This document shows positions 11,401 through 25,420 of a stretch of DNA of 64,000 nt, piece after piece (position 1 is the stretch's first letter; every line of letters begins with the position of its first letter). The DNA is from Octopus sinensis (lineage: Eukaryota). The notes beneath the pieces were generated by a model. The model was not told the origin of the DNA, made no database searches, and saw only the letters and a list, made by a program, of their open reading frames with translations. The position numbers and the translations under genes are program-made. Where the stretch lies: positions 131,874,001-131,938,000 of the forward strand of contig NC_042999.1 in the NCBI RefSeq assembly GCF_006345805.1, read 5' to 3'.

Positions 11401-14400
11401 ATGGAAAATCAACATTAAATGTTGATGATGACAATGATTGACAGAGCCAGTCTAATTTTGATAACTGACAAAGCTTGTTTAATTATTATAGCTTATAGAG
11501 CCAGTTTAACTATCATGATTAACGAAACCAGTCTATCATGAGTGATAGAGTTAGTTTAACTATTGCAACTAACACTAACAGAGTCATAAAGATGTCATCT
11601 CCACATACATAACTTCATGTATAAAAGAGTGCACTGCCAAATCATAAGTCTGAGGGAAACACTACACTCAGTATATTAAACTTGTCTTCAGTATTGGTTG
11701 AATTGAAGCACATTTGTTGTCCAGTCAGTGTAAAACTGGTGGACAAAGAGAGAGATGCTTGTCATAGAGTAATCTACTGTACATGTGTTGATGATGATAG
11801 TCCAAAAAAGGCCGTTCTGCAATTTCTAGCTGAACAACCTGCATGAATGATTTATTTATCAGATGTATGTCTTGTACATTAGTTCACTCCTTCCATCAAA
11901 TCAACATTGCCTGAACAGATACATGGTGTATCACAGAGCAATATGAGGTGCTTTGCTCAAGAACATAATGTACCACCCGATCCAGGGATTGAAACCACAA
12001 TCTGATGATTGTGAGTGCAATTCCCTAACCAATAGGCCATGCACTCTCACATTGTACTGGTAAACCTTTCTTGAAAACACCTAATATTAAGCATCAGGCT
12101 CTTTGACAGCTGATGTAATTGTCATATAGTCTAGTTATGATGGAGAAAATACTGTAATCTAACAAATCATGACTGATAAAGCCAGTCTAAATGTAATGAC
12201 TGACAGTCAGTCTAACTATCATATGACAGAGTCTGTTCTTTTCTTGTCTTGCTAGTTACTTGGCAACCCCACTAGTGCTGGTGCCATATAAAAAAAGCAG
12301 CCAGTACACACTGTAGAGTGACTGGTGTTAGAAAGGGCATCCAGCTGTAGAGATCATGTCAAAGCTAACATTAGAGCTCAACATAGCTTTGTTGCTCACC
12401 AGATCCTATCAAACTGTCCAACCCATGCCAGCATGGAAAATGAACAGTAAATGATGATGATTGACAGAACCAGTCTAACTTTGACAACTGACAAAGCTTG
12501 TTTAATTATTATAACTGATAGAGCCAGTTTTACTATCATGATTAACAAAACCAGTCTATCATGAATGATAGAGTTAGTCTAACAAAGTCATAAAAATGTC
12601 CTCTCCACATACGTAGCCTCATATATAAAAGATGGCATTGTCAAATCATAAGTCTGAGAGGATCACAGCATTCAGTGTATTAAACCTGTCTTCTGTATTG
12701 AAGAGTCAGTCTCTACTTGAAAGGTACTGGGGTTAGTAGATAAGCCTCTGAGATTAACAGCTCATGTCATGTTCCTTGTATTATGTCCATGTCCAAGACA
12801 CTTATCTCTAAATGACCAGTTCATTCATCATCATCATCGTTTAACATCTGCTTTCCATGCTAGCATGGGTTGGACGATTTTGACTGAGGGCTGGCAAATC
12901 AGACGGCCGCACCAGGCTCCAATCTTGATCTGGCAGAGTTTCTACAGCTGGATGCCCTTCCTAACGCCAACCACTCCGAGAGTGTAGTAGGTGCTTTTTA
13001 CGTGCCAGTCAGGCGGTACTGGCAATGACCTCGCTCAAATCTTTTTACACATGTTACCGGTACAAGTGCCAGTAAGGCGACATTGGTAATGATCACGCTC
13101 GAATGGTGCCCTTTTACGTGCCGCCGGCACAGAGGCAGTCGGCTGTTCTGGCAACAATCACGCTCGGATGGTACTCTTGGCACCCTACTAACACGGGCAC
13201 AAGTGCCAGTTAGGTGACACTGGTAATGATCACACTCGAATGGTGCCCTTTTATGTGCCACTGGCATGGAAGCCGGTTAGCCACTCTGTCAACGATCACC
13301 CTCGTGATCGTTGTTCAAATTAATTCAATAAATAATTTAGAATATTTTGATTTTCTTTTTGCTTCAGTTGGTTCATATGACCATCACACATATGTGTGAT
13401 GGCCAATAAGTATATATTGGTTTCAAATTATGGCACAAGGCCAGGAATTTCAGGGGAAGGAGTAAGTTAATTAAATTGACCTCAGTGCTCAGCTGGTACT
13501 TATTTTATCAACCCTGAAAGGATAAAAGGCAGAATTTGAAGTCAAAATGTAAGGAGGGATTAAATACTTCTAAGTATTTTGCCTGGCACACTAAGAATTC
13601 TGCCAGTTCATTGCCTTATTCATAAGTGGATATTACCAGCTAATATACTTTACTGCTATGAGCAGCACTATAAAATTGGTGAGTGTTTTAACTGGATTGC
13701 AATGCAGAGTTGAGTTCCTCTCATATGAGCTACTTTTAATACAAGGAAACATTTTTTCTTTTACCTATTTAACTCTTTCAATTTGAATACATCCAAGATT
13801 GCAGTTATTAAAGTGTCCTATTTAAGTTTAATAATTTGAACAAAATTATAACAGGAACTCTAACAGGAGATTCTTGTTGATTTGTTCCTACATAATATCA
13901 ATATATAAAGTTACAGATATTATATAATCCCCTTAAACCGGCCATATCAGGCCCAAATATTCTACATGTTTTATGTTTAAACTGAGCAGATTTAGCTTCT
14001 CACACTTACCATACCATATCGTACTAAGAATATACAATTACATGATTGAAATCTTGAAGCTGCAAGATAATGCATGATTAATTCAAACTGATTTGAATAA
14101 ATAAGCAATATGTTTGACAGAACAATTTGGATGCTAAAGGGTTAAAGCCCCCCACCCCATTTTATTCTATCATCATTTTGTATCTGCTTTCCATGTTGGC
14201 ATGGGTTGGAAAGGTTGTCATGCTCCACACCAATCCTTATTGTAAGCTACTGCTCGCCTAGATACGTCTGAGGACCATGTTTCATTTTTGTTTGTTTTTT
14301 TAATTTTTATTGGTCTCAATAGCTGGATGTCTTTCCTGACATCTTTACAGTGTATCTTCTAAGTGTGAATTGTGGCACCAGCACTAAAGAAGTTGTCATG

Positions 14401-16915
14401 TTCTCGACAAAACTAAAACATCTTCTCAAAGTGCATTTAACCTAAAAAAAAGGACAAAGCGTAAGCTTTTAACACTTTAGCATTTAAACTGGTCATATCC
14501 AACCAAACTATTCTACCTGTTTTATGTTCAGACTGACCAGATCCAGCCTTTCACACATATCCTACAATGTCATTCTAAAAATAGCAATCATTGAAATCTT
14601 GAAGCTATGAGATATTGCAGGATTAATTCAAAACAATGTGAATAAATAACTATTATATTTGATTGAGTAATTTGAATGACAAAGGGTTAACTCATATTGT
14701 AGAGATAAGGTCATTTGCCCATAATTCATAAGGTTAGGAGATATAATTGAGTTGGTCAGTATGATGGAAAGTGGGGAGGTGCATTGTCAGTTAACTAATA
14801 ATCACAGCTAAAATGTTTTCTAATTTTAGTCATGTAAAGAATATGAGACTTCCAGGAAAAGTCACTGCAGAATGGCATTTGTACTGAGAGGAATTAAATA
14901 AAATTGGAAGTCATCCATGGGAAGTGGAGTCTTCGCTGGAGTTTTAGTGTCATTAAAACATCAGATAACAACGTTGTCATTGGGAGGGAATTTCTGATTC
15001 ATTATTGCTGGTGATACTAACTGGAGGATAGGATATAATAATAATAATCATGATCCTTTCTCCTGAAGGCACCAGGTCTAAAATTTATGGTGAATTTATT
15101 GACCTCAGTGTTTCATTGGTACTTAATTAAGGATTAAAGGCAAAGTCAACCTCAGCAGAATTTGAACTCAGAACGTAGTAGTAGATGAAATACCTATTTC
15201 TTTACTACCCACAAGGGGCTAAACACAGAGGGGATAAACAAGGACAGACAAACGGATTAAGTCGATTACATCGACCCCAGTGCATAACTGGTACTTATTT
15301 AATCGGCCCCGAAAGGATGAAAGGCAAAGTCGACCTCAGCGGAATTTGAACTCAGAACGTAGTGGCAGATGAAATACCATTAAGCATTTCACCTGGCGTG
15401 CTAATGATTCTGCCAGCTCGCTAACTTAATAATAATAGTAATAATAATAAGGCAGCAGATAGTATTGATGACCTAGCAATCTCTATGTTTGACTTGGTAG
15501 AAATAGCTGTGAAATCTCCCTCAAATCACAAGCTACTGTTTCAAGAAAAGGGAAGGATGAATTGGACAATGTGATCTTTGATAAGTAAAAAAAGACAAGA
15601 TGTTCACAATTGGAATGCTTTTGTTCATGAATCTGCTTGATGACTACTAATTTGGGGTTTAAGCCATTAGCTTTCAGATTACTCTGTCAAGCATAATGCT
15701 TATTTATTCACATTGTCTTAGGATGTTGAGTCTCACAAAGGCAATGACAAGTGACTGAGGCTTGGTGATTCGCTGTGCTTGAAAATACACATCAAGCTTA
15801 GTGAAATCGTAGTCATGGTCAATGCCAGTAATATATAAAAGGCACCCAGTGACACATGAAAGACCCTGGTACACTCTGTGGAGTGGTTGGCATTAGGAAG
15901 GGCATCCAGTTGCAGAAACCATGCCAAAACAGACTGGAGCCAGGTGCAGCTCTCTGGTTTCCCCAGTTCCAGTCAAATTGTCTAATCCATGTCAGCATGG
16001 AAAATGGACACTAAATGATGATGATGATGCTTGTTTTGAATTAATAAGGCATTATCTTGTAGCTTTGAGATTTCAATGATGTGATTGCTTATTTTGAGAA
16101 TTTTACATTGTTGGGTAGGTGTGAGAGGCAGGATCTGGCCAGTTTGAGCATAGAACAGATAGAATATTTGGGCCCAATATAACTAAGGCTTAAATGCTAA
16201 AGAGTTAAATAACAATAACAAGGTTACTAGTAGGTTTTTTTTTAATAAAGAGGCCAGAGAGAAACAAGCAGATACTGGAATTTCTGCCATGGGGCAAAAG
16301 ATTAAGAAAACACTGAATACTAATTTAACAAAATACGCAAAAGCTTGAATATGTATACAACCCTTATGCTTATTAAAAATAATAATTGACTTTTGGCTGA
16401 AAGTGATTTACCTCAGTTTTACTCCTTTTTTTCTTAAGTTTTTAGAAATGGTAGGAGATAATATTCTATTCTTTTATTCTTTGTATTGAAATTAGTATTT
16501 TTATGATTCATCGTGTTCAAGAGCTAAGGTAGTTCTGCTTCATTAATGGACTAGAGATATATATTTTATCAGTTTTAGACTGGAAAGGACTTGAAGTTAA
16601 CTCTCTTTTGTTACCTTATTTCCATACACTGCCCTTTCTGTTCAATTAAGGTTGAAAGTAATCAAGAATTTAATGCAATAACTTTGTCTTTGGTATGTCC
16701 ATATCTGGACATAAACTAACACGAAATTTTAGTCCTTTAGCATTTAAAGCAGCCATATCTGGCCCAAATATTCCACCTGTTTAATAAAGTCAAACTAGCC
16801 AAATCCAGCCGCTCACACCTATTCTACAATGCCTTTCTAAAAAATAATCAAATGTGAGATAATGCATGATTAATTCAAAACAATGTTCAGCGAGTCAATA
16901 TTCTTAGATATCATA

Positions 16916-17281
16916 CTCTCTTTTACTTGTTTCAGTCATTTGACTGTGGCCATGCTGGAGCACCACCTTTAATCGAGCAAATCGAACCCAAGACTTATTC
17001 TTTGTAAGCCTAGTACTTATTCTATCGGTCTCTTTTGCCGAACCGCTAAGTTACAGTTGTCAAGCGATGTTGGTGGGACAAACATATACACACACACACA
17101 TACATATATATGCATATATACGACGGGCTTCTTTCAGTTTCCGTCTACCAAATCCATTCACAAAGCTTTGGTCGACCCAAGGCTATAGTAGAAGACACTT
17201 GCCCAAGGTGCCACACAGTGGGACTGAACCCAGAACCATGTGGTCCGTAAGCAGGCTACATACCACACAGCCACTCCTACA
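16916..17281 (-). mobile_element. tRNA-derived SINE family 1
   Basis: Reverse complement of the family consensus. Confidence 0.9.
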
Positions 17282-18667
17282 CCGCTTACCACACAGCCAC
17301 TTGGGATCCTTCTTGCATAAAACTATCCTAAATTTTTCTTTATGCCCTATAACCAGATTATTATAGCATTAGTTAACTATTATCAGGAATTTTACCTCAA
17401 GTCTTTGCAAGCTGCTGGAATGAAACTGTTATATTGATTTTCATTTGCTCTTTATTTCTCCAATTTTTAGCTGTATTTCTGCATTCTAACTTTAACCACT
17501 TGGATTTTTGTTTTCTTTAATATTAGATTGCCCTAAGACTTACATATGTAGTTACCATTTTGAAAGTTGTAGAAAATTAGTTCAGAGCACCTCAAGTGCT
17601 ACATTTAGCCTCTTAACAAAAATGTATCCGCCATTGATTGGTAGATATAAAAAGAGACTAGACAGAATTTTGATTACAGTATACCTGACTGTCATACTGT
17701 GTCCCACATTGGTGATTCTCTGTCAGAAAAAAAAAAAAACCAAAGAGGAACTCTGTATGTGGTTGCTTAACCTGCTAGAAATATCAAATCACATGTTACC
17801 TTCTTAAAAAGATAGAGGAAGGTTTTGGATAATACGCTATTGTGTACAAATACATGCATGCACCACAACATCATCGTCATTGTTGTCAACATCATCATCA
17901 TGTGTCCATTTTTCCATGTTTGCACGGGTCAGATAGAATTTGTTGAGACAAATTTTCTATGTCCAGATGCCTTTCTCTTGCAACCATCATCTGTTTCCAA
18001 GTAAGGTATAATTCCCTATAGCTAGACATGCTCACTTGTATGACGATTCTCATTTACAACCACCACATGATGTCAAGACAAGGGTACACACATATACAGT
18101 AATGCCTTGCTATACAAGTTAATTTGTTCCTGGAGACTGCTCCTAAAGTGAGGAGCTTCTTTCAGTTTCCATCTACCAAATCCACTCTCAATTCTTTGGT
18201 CAACCCAGGGCTGTAGTCAAAGACACCAAAAGTGCTACACAGTGAGACCAAATCCTAGACTATATGATTGAGAAACAAGCTTCTTAATAAAAAAGCCATG
18301 CCTGAGTAAAAAACAAGATGGACATGGCTGAAATACCATTAATTGTTGGTGTGTTCAAATTAGATCTGACCAGGATTTTAAAAAACAACAGAAATTTCTA
18401 TAGTAAGGTATGATTGACAACATCCATAAATCAAGATATTATTTTGTGTAAAATTTTCTGAAATTGTGGTGTTTCCATACTGATATGGTGGTGAGCATTT
18501 AATAAAATAACATAAAACTTGTTTTCAAACTTAAGGTGGTTACCTGTTAGCATACTAAAATTTTTTTCACTATTGTAGTTAGTATTGGCTATTAATAAAA
18601 AAAAGGGTTATTGTGTTCAGATACGTTCACTACAGTTCTGCAGTGTTCACAACTATATTGCCATATG

Positions 18668-18816
18668 CAGGGCTAGCTCAAGGTACTGACAACTCTGGCA
18701 GCTGCCCGGGGAACCAAGGAGGGCATGACAAAGACAAGAAAATTTCCATGAGCGTCAGCTTGTACACGCCGAAGTTCAGCTTGCCTGGGGCGCCGGCAAC
18801 CCTAGGGCCAGCCTTG
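18668..18816. mobile_element. GC-rich 149-bp MITE-like insert
   Basis: Abrupt GC island with imperfect terminal inverted repeats (cagggctagctcaag vs reverse complement caaggctggccctag, 11/15); no clean TSD. Confidence 0.45.
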
Positions 18817-18978
18817 ACACCATGTTCAGTATTGTATTGTGTGTTCACTACTGTTTGGAATATTGAAGTGAAACACATTTACACAGTAGTAGTAGTACAA
18901 CTATTCTGCTGTATATGTACTGCAATGTTTTGTGGTGATATGTTCTGTTGTAGTGCATAGTATTTCTACTATATTGTA

Positions 18979-20210
18979 CAGGGGTTGGACAAAATAATGG
19001 AAACACCTAGCATCATGATTTTGAATATTTATAAAACCGTCAAAAGCTTGTTTATTTTTATGCTTTTTGATTTATTATTAGTGTTGCTTAATATGTTTTG
19101 CTAAAATTGCTGTTTCTTTTCAGATATCATCAGAAAAAGGTAAATAAAATTCATTAAAATGACAGATCTATTGGTCAAATTGTTGGTATTTGTATGGCAG
19201 ATGCTAGCATAATGAAAACAGCCAAAATGTTTAGTGTATCAAGAAGTACTGTCTCGAAAGTAATGACAGCCTTTAAGAAAAACGGAAAAACTTCCTTGTT
19301 GAAACAAAACTCCGGAAGAAAACCAAAACTGTCAGATAGGGACCGTCAGACTCTTATGCAAATTGTTAGAAAGGATCACCAAAGTACAGCTCCTGAAATT
19401 ACTGCAGAGCTTAATGACCACTTCGAGAACCCAGTTTCCACAAAAACTCGCTGGAAGCTGCACAAAGCAGGATTTCACAGGAGGGCTGCAATCAGAAAAC
19501 TGCTACTTTCAAAAACAAAAGTTGCAAAGCATTTAGAGTGGAGTAACAACCTACAGAATTGGTCCCTAGAGCAGTAGAAGAATGTTATGTTCTTGGATGA
19601 GTCATCCTTTACCTTATTTCCAACCACCAACCAAGTATACGTGTGGAGACAGCCAAAAGAAGCATTTGACCCAGACTGCCTTCTTCCAAGAGTTAAACAT
19701 GGAGGAGGATCTGTGATGATCTGCGGGGGCTATATCTTGGAAATCTGCTGGCCCAATGATTTCCCATCATGGCAGAATTAATAGTCAAGACTATTTAAGC
19801 ATTTTATCTGATCAAATTCATCCTATTGTTGTGGAACTGTTCCGGCAGGGAAATGCAATCTTTCAGGATGATAATGCACCAATTCACACAGCTAAAGTTG
19901 TTACTGAATGGCACGAGGAACATTCTAGTGAAGCCACCACAGTCCCCAGATCTCAATATTATTGAACATTTATGGTGCATTTTAGAAAAACAAGTAAGGA
20001 GTCAATATCCTCCACCATCATCACTACAAGAACTGGAGACTATTTTGGCTGAAGAATGGACAAAAATTCCTTTGGAAACAAATCAAATTTTCTATGAGTC
20101 CATACCTCATAGAATTCAAGCTGTAATTACTACAAAAGGCAGTCCTACCCCATATTAAAATAAATTTGTTTGAAACTTTAAGGTGTTTCCATTATTTTGT
20201 CCAACTCCTG
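18979..20210 (+). mobile_element. full-length defective Tc1-type DNA transposon, 1232 bp
   Basis: 30-bp TIRs caggggttggacaaaataatggaaacacct (29/30 identical), flanked by TA at 18977-78 and 20211-12; transposase remnants inside. Confidence 0.95.
19159..20158 (+). pseudogene. disrupted Tc1-family DDE transposase
   Basis: HTH region (SGRKPKLSDRDR), FLDESSF, FQDDNAPIH and PPQSPDLNIIEHLW are spread over several frames, with stops and deletions. Confidence 0.93.
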
Positions 20211-20396
20211 TATGTTCACTACAATACTTCAGTATGTTTGATAATGATTGCATTTTGTTTAATTGTGTAAATTATGTGTACTAATGTACTATATTATTCA
20301 CTATTGCAATATGTGTTTAAGTTATTATCTCTATTTCTTTATTACAATGTGATCTTCATAATATTTTTTCTATCTATTGCAGCGCCCTTCACTAAA

Positions 20397-22112
20397 ATGA
20401 AGCGGTGTGCCATGAAAACGTATGGTAGATCATCTGAATCTGCTTCAAGTCGTGCCTTTGATGATATAATACATAACAAAAATAATAAAAGCTTAACAGT
20501 AAAAGCATCGCCTCTTATTCAAAAATGGGGAAAAACTTCCTTCACAGCAGTACGTGGACGAAGAGAAAGAGATCCAGAGGCAAAAATTGCCAGAGATAGA
20601 GAAATGGAAGTATCTAAAAGAACTCGTTTTGATGACGATATTTCCGATGACCCTTTTAGCTTTGAATCTGAAGACTTAAAAGGAACAAGCCGTAGTTCCA
20701 TAACTATGGTACCTCTGCATTCAAATGCATCACAGAAAAATATTATTGTCACAGCTCCTGCTGTTGGCATTGTAACCAAGAAGAATTTCAATGAGTACAA
20801 TATTGATCCTGCGGCAGTAAAACCATTGCCTAACACAGATCCTGATAAAGTATTGTACAGGTCAGCTAAAACCTATTCTGTAAGTCCGACTAAACGAACT
20901 GATAACATGCGTCAATCTACAATAGACCAATTTACTAATTTGCACAATAGTCCACAAGAACGACTCTCTTTGGATTCTTCTCCTCAGAAAATGACCATCA
21001 AGGTCAGTGATTATTCATACTCACAGAAATTCTTCCTTTCTCCAAATAACTCTGGTGTTTCTACCCAACATTCCAACAGTCCAGAACCTTCATCTTGCAT
21101 CACATTGAGTGCTCAATCTTCTCCTGAGAAACTGATATCTGTTTTAAGCAATTTGCCTCCATCTGAAGAGAATACTGATGATGACAGTTATAAATTTAAA
21201 CGGAAACCTATATTCCGCACATACACAAATCATAAACTGCCTGTGTCTGTTGTTCCAACCAGCTCTCCTTCTAAACATATGGTAAAATCAACAACTAAGA
21301 CTAAAGCACCCATCAGTGCCCATGCATCTAATACTGTTTTATGTGACACTCAAGACAGTTTCACAAACAGTACGGTCATCTCTCGGAGTGAAGTGAAAAA
21401 TAAACGTGGCACAACCATAATATTTCTATGTAAGCCAAAAGGAATGGACAATATCAAAAGTTTAAAGAAAACTCCGAGGGAAACTGCCAGCGAGTTATTT
21501 GATAAGATTATTAAAAAGAAATCAGTGAATGTAAGTGAAGAGAAGCAACCAAATATCATTTCTCCAAGCAGCCCTGTTTTTTCAGAAAGTAGTGATGAAG
21601 GGCCACCTCCACTTTCTCCTGAAGAAGTACGAAAAGGCTTAGATGAAATTGAGAAAGGTGGATCATCCCAGTTGAATTTTGCTGAGGTTGATGTTGAGAT
21701 GTTCAATGATCATTCCGATGAAGAATCTATAAAATTGTTTTCACTGGACGACAAAGATGATTCTACGGGATCTGATGGGCCCAGCAAGAAAGAAGTTAAT
21801 TCTACCAATGTGTTAAAGCACAATGAATATGATGATCTGTTTAAATTAGATGAAGATGATGACTTTGATTTTATGAATGACTCATGTAATTCTGTGTCGA
21901 ACAGTAATGATCGTGACTCTCCTAATGCAGATATTTTTGATCTTGATGATGATACTTATGACAAATCATTAACTATGAAAACAGCTAAAACTTACACCCG
22001 TCAGACAACAAAAGAAAAACCAACTGAAAGGAAAATATTTAAGTCTAAAAATACTAGATATTCTATCTCTGGATCTGGTCAAACTAAATTATTGAGTAAA
22101 AGCCCAAAGAAG
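20397..22112 (+). CDS. WAPL: WAPL (wings apart-like), first coding exon, 572 codons; exon starts at 20383
   Basis: N-terminus MKTYGR...FDDII...KWGKTSF...DDPFSFESED is colinear with vertebrate WAPL (KTYSR...FDEVF...KWGETTF...GDPFGFDSDD), recalled from memory. Acceptor tattttttctatctattgcag at 20382; donor AAG|gtaagt at 22112/22113, phase 0. The ORF-track start 20274 and end 22160 lie in introns. Confidence 0.92.
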
Positions 22113-24399
22113 GTAAGTCCAGCTTTTCCATTTTCAACTTACCTCTTTCATACCATTTAAGCATTTCAAGCCCTGTACAGTCATTCACACCTCAGATTTG
22201 ATCTGAAGCAAATTATTTAAAAATAACTCAATCTAAATCATTTTTGTAGGAATAAGCCAGGTACCTAAAACCTTCAAGTGGTTGCTTGTCCTGCTTGAAA
22301 TAGCAGCCAAATTTCCATCAAATCACATCCAACTATTTTTGTTTTATATCTTCTTTTGTTAGCTACTATAGTCCCCAAGCCTTCTGAATGGATCTGAGAG
22401 ATGGAAACTGAAAGAAGCCTGTTGTGCCACATGAAAAGCAATCATACCAGTGTCACATAAAAGTGCTTGTGCCTATGCCACATTTAAAGCACTCAGTACA
22501 CACTGTACAGTGGTTGACATTAGGAAGGGCATCCGGTTGTAGAAACCAAGCCAAATCAGACAGGAGCCTGGTGCAGCTCTCTGACCACTTGGTTCCAGGT
22601 TCAGTCTCATTAGGTGGCACCTTGGGGTTGCTGTAAATATAGCTGTGTGATTAAGAAGCTTGCTTCTCAACCACTTGCCTCTGGTTCAGTTTCACTGTAT
22701 GACTTCTGGGCTGATCAAAGCCTTATGAGTGGATTTGACAGATGGAAACTGAAAGAAGCTCATTATATATATATTTGTGTATGTGTGTGATTGTTGTACA
22801 CAATTGTCACTGTTACATACGTGGTGTCCCTCGTTTCCAATCTTCCATGGAAACATGTCTGGCCTTGGAGAAATATTACCTTACTTGGCAACAAGAAAGG
22901 CATCTGACCATAGAAAATCATCTGCAACGAATTCCATCTGACTCATACCAGCTTGGAAAAGTGGACATTAAAAGAATGATAATGATGATAAATATTTTCC
23001 TTCTTTGTTGTTCCCATTCCCACTCAGTGATGCAGGCACTCCCAGTTGGGAACCCCTGTAGTAAGGACATATACAGGCTCTGGCTTTACAACATGAATAT
23101 AAACAATGATGGGTGATGTCAGTAGCTAGTGATAGTGCTTAGGAAAAGAAAAAATATTGGTGAAGCATAATCACTCTGATGTCTGAATGTTGTGTTAAGT
23201 GCACAAGTCGGATAGTGCTTTTTACGTACCACCAGACCAGGGATCCTGGCTGGTTCAATTCGATTTCGATTTCGCTTGCCCCAACATGTCTTCGCAAGCA
23301 AAGGGGGTTGGCATGGGTGCCCGTCGTACGGTCGGATTGGTGTATTTTACGTGCCACCATATATATATATTGCATATGTCTATAAAGGCAGCTATTTATA
23401 ATTAAATCTATCAGCAGTGGTATCCAGTGGATGTGAAATTAAAGGGATATGTTTGGGTTTGACAGTGAGAAATTTCTGCTGGTTTTGATACCAGCTCTGT
23501 AGAATGGGCTTTAGCAGATAGAATACATAGTATTTCTCTGCTAAACATGTGTTAGAGCTCTTCATTACGTTTCTGAGGGTTGCTGCTTTTTTTTTTCCTT
23601 TTTAAGATTTTCCATGAAATTGTGATGTCCTCTTTCCCTGTCTGTGTTTGGAATGCAATGTTTATTTTGGTACTATGTTTCAAGGAAAAGATTTTGGTAA
23701 AGGCAATACTTAAAGTGATTATGTTTTAGTTATTATATAATCCTGTATAAATTATAATTCCATACTGATCAAGTAGAACTGTAATTCATAAAGAAAGACA
23801 TTCTAGCCATGATCATTATTTTTCATTTGCAGACAGTAAACTGTATTATTCATTAGGTCTTTCATTTTTTTTTAAAGTTAGTAGTGGTTAAAAAGAAACG
23901 AGATCTACATAGAGGATCTTATCTCTAACGATAGTGGATATGACTTCTTTTCATGCAGGAATTAACTGTAGGTGCATTACCCTAACAAATCCAGCTCACT
24001 GACTTTATTTTTGGTACTGTGAATCACTTGGAACTCAAACTCTGTATATGTTATAAACACGTTTATTTATGTATTTGTTGTGGCGGTTGCTCCAATAGAA
24101 GTTCAGATGTGAAGTTTGTGTTGAAGTGACAGAATGGCTTCAGGTCAGATTGACTTGAGATTCAAAGCTTCTGGAGATAACATGGCTGTGAGAACCATGC
24201 CTACAGTTCACGCTGAATTTGAAATAGATGTTTCTGTGTCAAAATTGCAGTTCCATTGGAACATCTGAATATGTAGTGAAATATGTCTGTCCTTGTTCCT
24301 GATCTTCAGAATCTGCTTCAGATTCAGGTTGTGTACTGACATTCCACTGCAATTTTCTTCTTATATCTCCTCTAACCATGTTGTTTCTATTCAATCTTG

Positions 24400-25420
24400 T
24401 TACCAATAGTCATCATGCCACTGTTTGTCTATCTCTGTTTTCCAGTACACTCTTACTCTGTCTCTTCTGTTACTTTTCTATTACTCCTTTCTTCTATCAT
24501 GCTGCCTTAAATAAAAGAAGATAGCATGTCCATCACTCCCTGCTTGCTCTCTAGTTTACCCTGCCATTCTAACTATTTGGTGCAAGAAGCACTGGTCTGT
24601 TAGCTTGGGCACCAGGTGATATGTTCTGACATGCTCTTTACCAACTCATCTTACCTGGTGCCATGGAGACTGTACTACTCTACTATTGACAACTTTATGC
24701 TCATTTACAATTAATCTTACATCAAAGACTGATGCAATATACAGGATGCACCTTCAGCCTTGGCAGGTAGCATGTGAGACAACTATCTGTCCATTTGTAA
24801 TTTTAACTCTGCAAAGATCCTCTCTTTGTAAATTAGGTGCAGAGTAGAGAAAATGTTGGCTATGTCTATAAAAGTTTCAATGCGACTATGATATCAACAT
24901 TGTCTGGCTACTGCTGTGGACTTGTACAAGGCAGCCCATATACCCACCTGTTAGTCATCTCTGGCTGCTAAATCTCTAATAACCTGGGCATGATGTTAGA
25001 GGGGTTACAAGGCCATTTCTCTACCATACCTTTATGGCTATTTCTCTACCATGTTTTTAATGGCCTAAAATAGAGGCAACCTTTATACTTAGCAATGTTT
25101 ATTGCTGCAGTGAACCTCCTGGCAGCTAACTCCCCATTCTGGCATCAAGAGCAGCAAGAATAAAGACCAATGCAGGTCTTTATTCTTCATTCCGCCTTCA
25201 ACTGTCACTTTTTACATGGCTAGTTGTGTAGGAAAGGAAGAAAGATACAAGCAAACAGAGACAACATGAAGAAAATCCAGCTCTCTTTGGTTTTGTTGGG
25301 TGGGGGGTGGCAGTAAAGGAATGAATGGAGACAACATAGGGTCCTTGGTCTTGAGAAAGATGATAGCTTCTTTAGTGCCTGTATCACAATAAAGTTCATT
25401 CATGCTGTAAAGTGGGTGGT
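24400..25420 (-). pseudogene. heavily decayed RTE-like LINE reverse transcriptase relic; a smaller + strand relic (VVDSFCYPGD) lies at ~5030-5200
   Basis: - strand KDPMLSPF resembles the QGSVLSP motif; only fragments are recognisable. Confidence 0.4.

Noticed and set aside
20274-20396. N-terminal 41 codons of the 628-aa ORF
   Set aside because: 20274-20382 is intron (pyrimidine tract and acceptor) and 20383-20396 is 5' UTR; WAPL similarity begins at or after the ATG at 20397.
20519-21706. Antisense ORFs of 105 and 118 aa
   Set aside because: Shadow frames of the WAPL exon.
22113-22160. ORF read-through to the stop at 22160 as a truncated WAPL isoform
   Set aside because: Consensus donor at 22113 and no canonical AATAAA seen nearby; no evidence for intronic polyadenylation.
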